Shown: piece after piece, positions 59,325 through 64,000 of the stretch
How the letters are laid out: each line of letters starts with the position of its first letter
Numbering within the stretch: the first letter of the stretch is position 1
NCBI GenBank assembly: GCA_963793985.1
Contig: CAWCCG010000008.1
Span: 25,707 to 89,706, forward strand
DNA from: an uncultured Alphaproteobacteria bacterium
GTDB lineage: Bacteria > Pseudomonadota > Alphaproteobacteria > Rhizobiales > Xanthobacteraceae
Length of the DNA: 64,000 bases
Reading direction: 5' to 3'
Program-made: the position numbers and the translations under genes
The notes under the pieces: model-generated
The model's database searches: none
What the model was told of the DNA's origin: nothing
The model's input: the letters and a program-made list of their open reading frames with translations, nothing else

Positions 59325-60313
59325 GCGCTGCTTCCCCGATCGTGAAGGTGGACGGCCTTACGGTCGAGTTCATCGGCGGCGACAAGCCGGTGCGCGCGGT
59401 CGCCGGCGTCGACCTGATGCTGCGCCCCGGCGAAGCGCTGGCGCTGCTCGGCGAGTCGGGCTCGGGCAAGAGCGTGACGCTGCGCGCGCTGATGCGCCTC
59501 CTCCCGGAGCGCCGCGCCGTCATCGGCGGCAGGATCGCGGTCGACGGTGGGGACGTACGTGCCATGTCGGCGAATGCGCTCTCCGCCTATCGCGGCCGCA
59601 CAATTGCGATGATCTTCCAGGAGCCGGGCCTCGCCTTCGACCCGGTCTACCGCGTCGGCGACCAGATCGTGGAAGCCGTCACCCGGCACGAGGGCATCTC
59701 GCGGCGTGAAGCGCGCGCCCGCGCGCTCGAGCTGTTCGAGCGCGTGCGCATCCCCTCGGCGGCGCAACGGCTCGACAACTACGCCCACGAAATGTCCGGC
59801 GGGATGCGCCAGCGCGCCATGATCGCGCTCGCGCTCGCATGCCGGCCCAAGGTGCTGCTCGCCGACGAGCCGACCACCGCGCTCGATGCCACCGTCCAGA
59901 TCCAAGTTCTGCTGCTGCTGCGCGAGTTGCAGCGGGAGCTCGGCCTCGCGGTGATCTTCGTCACCCATGACATCGGCGTCGCCATCGAGATCGCCGACCG
60001 CATCGCGGTGATGTATGCGGGAAAGATCGTCGAGACCGGAACCTGCCGGGACGTCATTCGCAGCCCCGCGCATCCTTATACGCGCGGCCTGCTCGCCTCC
60101 CGCACCGGCGGCGCCCACGTCAAGGGCGAGCGCCTTGCCGCGATCCCCGGCGCGCCTCCCGATCTCGCCAATCTGCCGGCAGGCTGCGCCTTCGCCCCCC
60201 GCTGCCGGGAGATGCAGCCGGCCTGCCAACGGGAGGTGCCGCCGGACGTAACTCTGGGCAACGGCCACAGCGCCCGCTGCCTGTTGTTGTCCGCCCCCAT
60301 CGCGGTGGGCTGA
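59321..60313 (+). CDS. ABC ATP-binding protein (DppD/OppD-like)
   Basis: Intact. ATGA overlap with the upstream stop. Walker A (GESGSGKSV), MSGGMRQR, LLADEPTTALD, VTHD, and C-terminal CAFAPRC. Confidence 0.9.
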   Translation: MSAASPIVKVDGLTVEFIGGDKPVRAVAGVDLMLRPGEALALLGESGSGKSVTLRALMRLLPERRAVIGGRIAVDGGDVRAMSANALSAYRGRTIAMIFQEPGLAFDPVYRVGDQIVEAVTRHEGISRREARARALELFERVRIPSAAQRLDNYAHEMSGGMRQRAMIALALACRPKVLLADEPTTALDATVQIQVLLLLRELQRELGLAVIFVTHDIGVAIEIADRIAVMYAGKIVETGTCRDVIRSPAHPYTRGLLASRTGGAHVKGERLAAIPGAPPDLANLPAGCAFAPRCREMQPACQREVPPDVTLGNGHSARCLLLSAPIAVG

Positions 60314-60475
60314 TCGCGCTCGTCCGGGAAGCGCTGACATCCCCCAACCTCAAGACCGGGCGCGGCGGTCGACGGCGCAAATATTGCATATTCCTTGACC
60401 TCGTCAGCATGCAATGAGCCGAGAAGCTTGCAGTCCGGAGAGATCGACCGCCGAGATGCGCCGCGGAAGCAATCG

Positions 60476-61450
60476 ATGAACCGTCGTCAATTCATGCGTT
60501 GGGCAGCGGGCGCCGCCGTGCTCCCCGCCACGGCCCGAATCGCTGCAGCCCAGGCGTGGCCGGCGCGATCGATCCGCGCCTTCGTCACGGCAGGTGCAGG
60601 GAGCGCCGTCGACGTCGTGCCTCGCGTGGTGTTCGATCAGCTCGCGATCCAGCTCGGACAGCCGATCGTGGTCGAGAACCGCGGTGGAGCGGGAGGGACG
60701 ATCGCGGTCACCATGGTCGCGAGGGCTCCGCCCGACGGGTACACGATCCTCGCTGCATCCTCGGCGCTCACCGTCGCGCCGTGGCTCCATCCGAGCCTGC
60801 CCTACGATACGTCGCGGGACCTTGCCGCGATCGCGACTCTCGGCTCCATACCGAACGTGCTCGTCACCTCGCCGTTGAACGGGTCGAAAACGATTGCCCA
60901 GTTCATTGCCGCGGCAAAGGCAAAGCCGGGATCGTTCAACTACGCCTCGACCGGCGTCGGCACCGCGACCCACATGAGCGCGGAACGCTTTCGTGTCAGT
61001 GCGGGGATCGAAGCCGTTCACGTTCCGACCAAAAGCGGGCCGGAAGCACTGACGGAGGTTTTGTCGGGACGCGCCGACTTTTATCTCTGCCCACTGGCGA
61101 CGGCCCTGCCGTTCATTCGCGACGGCAAGGTGCTGGGCCTGGCGGTGAGCGGCGCAAAGCGTCTGGCGGAGTTGCCCGACGTTCCGACCACCTCGGAAGC
61201 GGGTCTCGCCGACGCGGATTACACGTTCTGGCTCGGCTTGTTCGCGCCCCGCCGCACCGCGCCGGATATCGTCCAAAGGCTGCACGACGAAACGGTCAAG
61301 GCCATGCGTACGCCGATCGTCGCCGAAAAGCTCGCGACGCTGGGTGTCGCGCCGATGCCGATGGCGCCTGAACAATTCGACACCATCGTCAAGGATGAGA
61401 TCGCGTCGAACGCCCTGCTGGTCAGAGCCGCAGGTATCAGGCCGGATTGA
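60476..61450 (+). CDS. Bug/TctC-family substrate-binding protein
   Basis: Intact. Tat-like MNRRQFMRWAAGAAVLPATARIAAA. RAFVTAGAGSAVDVVPR, ENRGGAGGTIA, FNYASTGVGTATHMSAE. Confidence 0.9.
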   Translation: MNRRQFMRWAAGAAVLPATARIAAAQAWPARSIRAFVTAGAGSAVDVVPRVVFDQLAIQLGQPIVVENRGGAGGTIAVTMVARAPPDGYTILAASSALTVAPWLHPSLPYDTSRDLAAIATLGSIPNVLVTSPLNGSKTIAQFIAAAKAKPGSFNYASTGVGTATHMSAERFRVSAGIEAVHVPTKSGPEALTEVLSGRADFYLCPLATALPFIRDGKVLGLAVSGAKRLAELPDVPTTSEAGLADADYTFWLGLFAPRRTAPDIVQRLHDETVKAMRTPIVAEKLATLGVAPMPMAPEQFDTIVKDEIASNALLVRAAGIRPD

Positions 61451-61498
61451 TCCGAAACCATGACTCTCGACGAAACCCAGAAGGACGACATGGTCGCC

Positions 61499-62517
61499 AT
61501 GAAACGTTGGTTCACCTCTCTCGCCTTGCTGCTGCCGTTCCTGCTCTGCGGTGCGGCCTCGGCACAGAACACCGCGCCCGCCAGGGCAAGACGTTCGTCA
61601 TGAAGCTCGCCACCCCGACGCTCAACGACGGGCAGCACGAGTGGATGCGTCGCTACGCGGCCGCGATCGAGGCGAAGTCCGGCGGCCGCATCAAGGCGGA
61701 GCTCTATCCGGCGAGCCAGCTCGGCTCGATCCCGCGCATGATCGAAGGCACCCAGCTCGGCTCGATCCAGATGTTCCTCGCGCCGCCCGAGTTCTTCGTC
61801 GGGGTCGATCAACGCTTCGAGCTGATGACGGCAGCCGGCCTGATGGGGAACGACGAGCAGGCGATCAAGACGCTCAGCGATCCGGAATTCTCCAAGGCCT
61901 TTCTCGCGATCGGCGTCAACAAGGGCCTGATCGGCGTGAGCCTGTTCTTCGGCAGCCCGAGCGCTTTCGTGATGCGCGCGCCGCTGCGCACACTCGGCGA
62001 CCTCAAGGGCCGGAAAATCCGGGTCCTGGCCTCGCCGTTCCAGATCGACCAGATCGCAAAGCTCGGCGGCACGGGCGTCCCGCTGTCGCTCGGCGACGTG
62101 CTGCCGGCATTGCAGCAAGGAACCATCGACGGCGCTCTCGGCAATCTCGGCGTCTTCACCGCGCTCGGCTACTACGACACCGCGAAGCACATGAACGAGA
62201 CCGGCCATTCCTTCAACATCATCATGGCGGCGATGAGCAAGCGCTGGTTCGACACGCTGCCACCCGATCTGCAGGCCATGGTGCTCGCCACCGCGGAGGA
62301 GGTCGGCGCCGGGGTCAATCCGTGGGTGCTCGATTTCCTGGTTCGGCAGCGCAAGATCTGGGTCGAAAAAGGCGGCGAGCTGGAATCGCTTTCGCCCGCC
62401 GACAAGGCCGAGATGATGGCCAAGGTCGGACCGGTGGCCGAGGACATCGTCAAGACCAAGCCCGAGCTCAAGCCGATGTGGGAGTTGCTGCGCGCGGCGG
62501 CGAAACGCAGCATGTAG
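61499..62517 (+). pseudogene. TRAP-type (DctP-family) solute-binding protein, frame change after the signal peptide
   Basis: Signal MKRWFTSLALLLPFLLCGAASA is in one frame; in-frame ATGs also occur at 61460 and 61490. A shift near 61585 precedes ORF 61447-62517 (ELYPASQLGSIPRMIEGTQLGSIQMF, GRKIRVLASPFQ). No DctQ/DctM genes are nearby. Confidence 0.75.
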
Positions 62518-62582
62518 GCCGACGGCGCGACGTGCTAGATGTTGTTCGCGTGACGACGGGCCCTCGAAAGGGAGCAACGGCG

Positions 62583-63593
62583 ATGAAGTCTCTTGCCTCG
62601 GTCGCCGATCTCCCGCGCCGGTCCCTTCTCCTCGGCGCGCTCATTGCCGCGATGAGCCTGATCGATCCCCGCGTCGGCGTAGCGCAGGGCACGGCACTCA
62701 CGCCGCTGCCGGTCGTCGTCATCAGCGTCAGCGTGACCATCTGGCCGGCGATCGTCGCCGACAAGAAGGGCTTCTTCAAGGAGGAAGGTCTCGACGTCGA
62801 CTTCATCAATTCCGGCGCCAGCACGCGCTCGCTGCAGCAGGTCGCGGCCGGCAGCGCGCCGATCGGCAGCTCGTCGATGGTCGATACGTTGCGCGCCATC
62901 GGCGGCGGCGCGAGGGTCAAGGTGTTCCTCAACAGCCTTGCGGTCGGCACCCACAGCCTGATCGGATCGAAGACCATCAAATCGGTGCCGGAGCTCAAGG
63001 GCAAGCGCGTGATGACCGGCGGCCCCGGCGACATCACCAACCTGTGGTGGATCGCCATGGCCCGCCATTACGGGCTCGATCCGCAGAAGGACGTCGAGCT
63101 CATCTTCTCCGGTTCGACCTCGGCGCGGCTCGGCGCCCTGATATCCGGCGGCGTCGATGCGACCATGCTGTCGACGCCGCAGAGCTTCAAGGCGATCGAG
63201 GACGGCTATGCCGATCTCGGCGCGGTGGCGCCGTTCCTCGGCGAATTCCCGATGATGATCTGGCACGTCAACGAGGCATGGGGGCGCGGCCACGAAAATG
63301 AGCTCGCCGCCTTCGTGCGCGCCCACGACAAGGCGGTGCGCTATCTCTCCGATCCTATGAACAAGGCCGAGGTGTCGCAGATGCTCGCCAAGGCTTCGGG
63401 CGCGAGCCTCGACGACGCGCTCAAGACCTGGGACATGTGCATGCAGGTGAAAGCCTTCGTCGCCGACGGCGCGATCTCCGACGAAGCGACCGCACGCGTG
63501 CGCGACACGCTGCTCGCCTCGGGCGACCTCAAGGCGTCGGCGCCCCCCGCGGCCTATGTCGACCGCCGCTTCATGGGGCTGGCGCCGAGGTAG
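62583..63593 (+). CDS. ABC-type substrate-binding protein (NMT1/THI5-like)
   Basis: Intact. The ATG follows AAGGGAG. Tat-like signal LPRRSLLLGALIAAMSL. WPAIVADKKGFFKEEGLDVDFI, LKGKRVMTGGPGDITNLWW. Confidence 0.8.
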   Translation: MKSLASVADLPRRSLLLGALIAAMSLIDPRVGVAQGTALTPLPVVVISVSVTIWPAIVADKKGFFKEEGLDVDFINSGASTRSLQQVAAGSAPIGSSSMVDTLRAIGGGARVKVFLNSLAVGTHSLIGSKTIKSVPELKGKRVMTGGPGDITNLWWIAMARHYGLDPQKDVELIFSGSTSARLGALISGGVDATMLSTPQSFKAIEDGYADLGAVAPFLGEFPMMIWHVNEAWGRGHENELAAFVRAHDKAVRYLSDPMNKAEVSQMLAKASGASLDDALKTWDMCMQVKAFVADGAISDEATARVRDTLLASGDLKASAPPAAYVDRRFMGLAPR

Positions 63594-63717
63594 CCGGGTT
63601 CATTGGCCGGCTCCTGTGCGGCGACTCGCCCGGCCCTTCATCCACGCGATTGTCGGTTCGAGCCTCGCACGCGAGCGCGGGCCTTGAACTCGCGCCGGCG
63701 ACATCAACATAAGATTC

Positions 63718-64000
63718 ATGTCCAGTGGCAATATAAAAACGGTTACGCCGGTAATGATCGCACCTTTTCGGTTCGGCGTGCCAGCTGCGACCCCGAATTC
63801 TGGGATGTTTTCAAAGGATCGGCCGAGGCGGGGCCCTGGTCGACCACCCGGCTCGCTCAACAAGAATCCCCCGCACGATGAAGGACGCGGCCGTTGCGGC
63901 GGCCAAGGAGCTGGGTCGGCTCCCTCGCAACAAATGGGCCGAGGAAGCGAACAAGGGTGATCCCGACAACGGCCTGAAGGGCTTCTTCAAGGTAATGGCG
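63718..64000 (+). other. Partial ORF of unknown function at the window edge (possibly frameshifted)
   Basis: It follows a locally AT-richer stretch. MSSGNIKTV...KDRPRRGPGRPPGSLNKNPP (a basic GRP-type segment) continues best in another frame as KDAAVAAAKELGRLPRNKWAEEANKGDPDNGLKGFFKVMA and runs off the window. Confidence 0.25.

Noticed and set aside
1-64000. Search for mobile elements, tRNA/rRNA genes, toxin-antitoxin pairs or known defence systems
   Set aside because: I recognised no transposase, integrase, recombinase, phage structural gene, cloverleaf-like tRNA sequence, rRNA or defence-system hallmark (nuclease, helicase or methylase modules). The only repeats are short REP-like hairpin elements.

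Overview
GC-rich alphaproteobacterial chromosomal segment that looks like Bradyrhizobiaceae: Omp25/RopB-type porins, Bug/TctC receptors, a DUF3551 protein and nested-hairpin intergenic repeats. I saw no rRNA, tRNA, CRISPR, transposase or integrase. All family names come from recognising motifs by eye and from memory; no searches were run.

Contents from left to right:
- Two porin-like outer-membrane proteins, a DUF2927 protein and an orphan response regulator.
- A gluconate-2-dehydrogenase-like gamma/GMC pair and a PQQ-dependent sugar dehydrogenase.
- 10.6-21.9 kb: six paralogs of an uncharacterised secreted two-cysteine protein family, packed with a haem protein carrying a C-terminal CXXCH, a DUF6152 protein, two DUF6644-like membrane proteins and a secreted esterase. 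This is my best candidate for an undescribed system.
- 22.1-30.0 kb, minus strand: a complete Nit1C / MSMEG_0565-0572 / Sll0783-0787 cluster (nitrilase, radical SAM, GNAT, AIR-synthase-like, glycosyltransferase, flavoprotein). A near-consensus sigma-54 promoter precedes it, and an extra double-hot-dog-like gene follows it.
- A MocR regulator, an MFS transporter and NitT/TauT-type ABC systems.
- A lone XDH-family molybdopterin subunit translationally coupled to an NmrA-like protein.
- A minus-strand operon of hyuA, hyuB, a cyanuric acid hydrolase/barbiturase homolog, ABC transporter genes and an amidase.
- Small Bradyrhizobium-type proteins and an isochorismatase-like hydrolase.
- A Dpp/Opp-type ABC operon with two binding proteins, then three orphan solute receptors.

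The window contains dozens of reading-frame breaks, very unevenly distributed: some genes have 7-9 or more and their neighbours have none. Many genes are therefore listed as frameshifted pseudogenes. Indel error in the assembly is the leading explanation, but I cannot prove it from the sequence.
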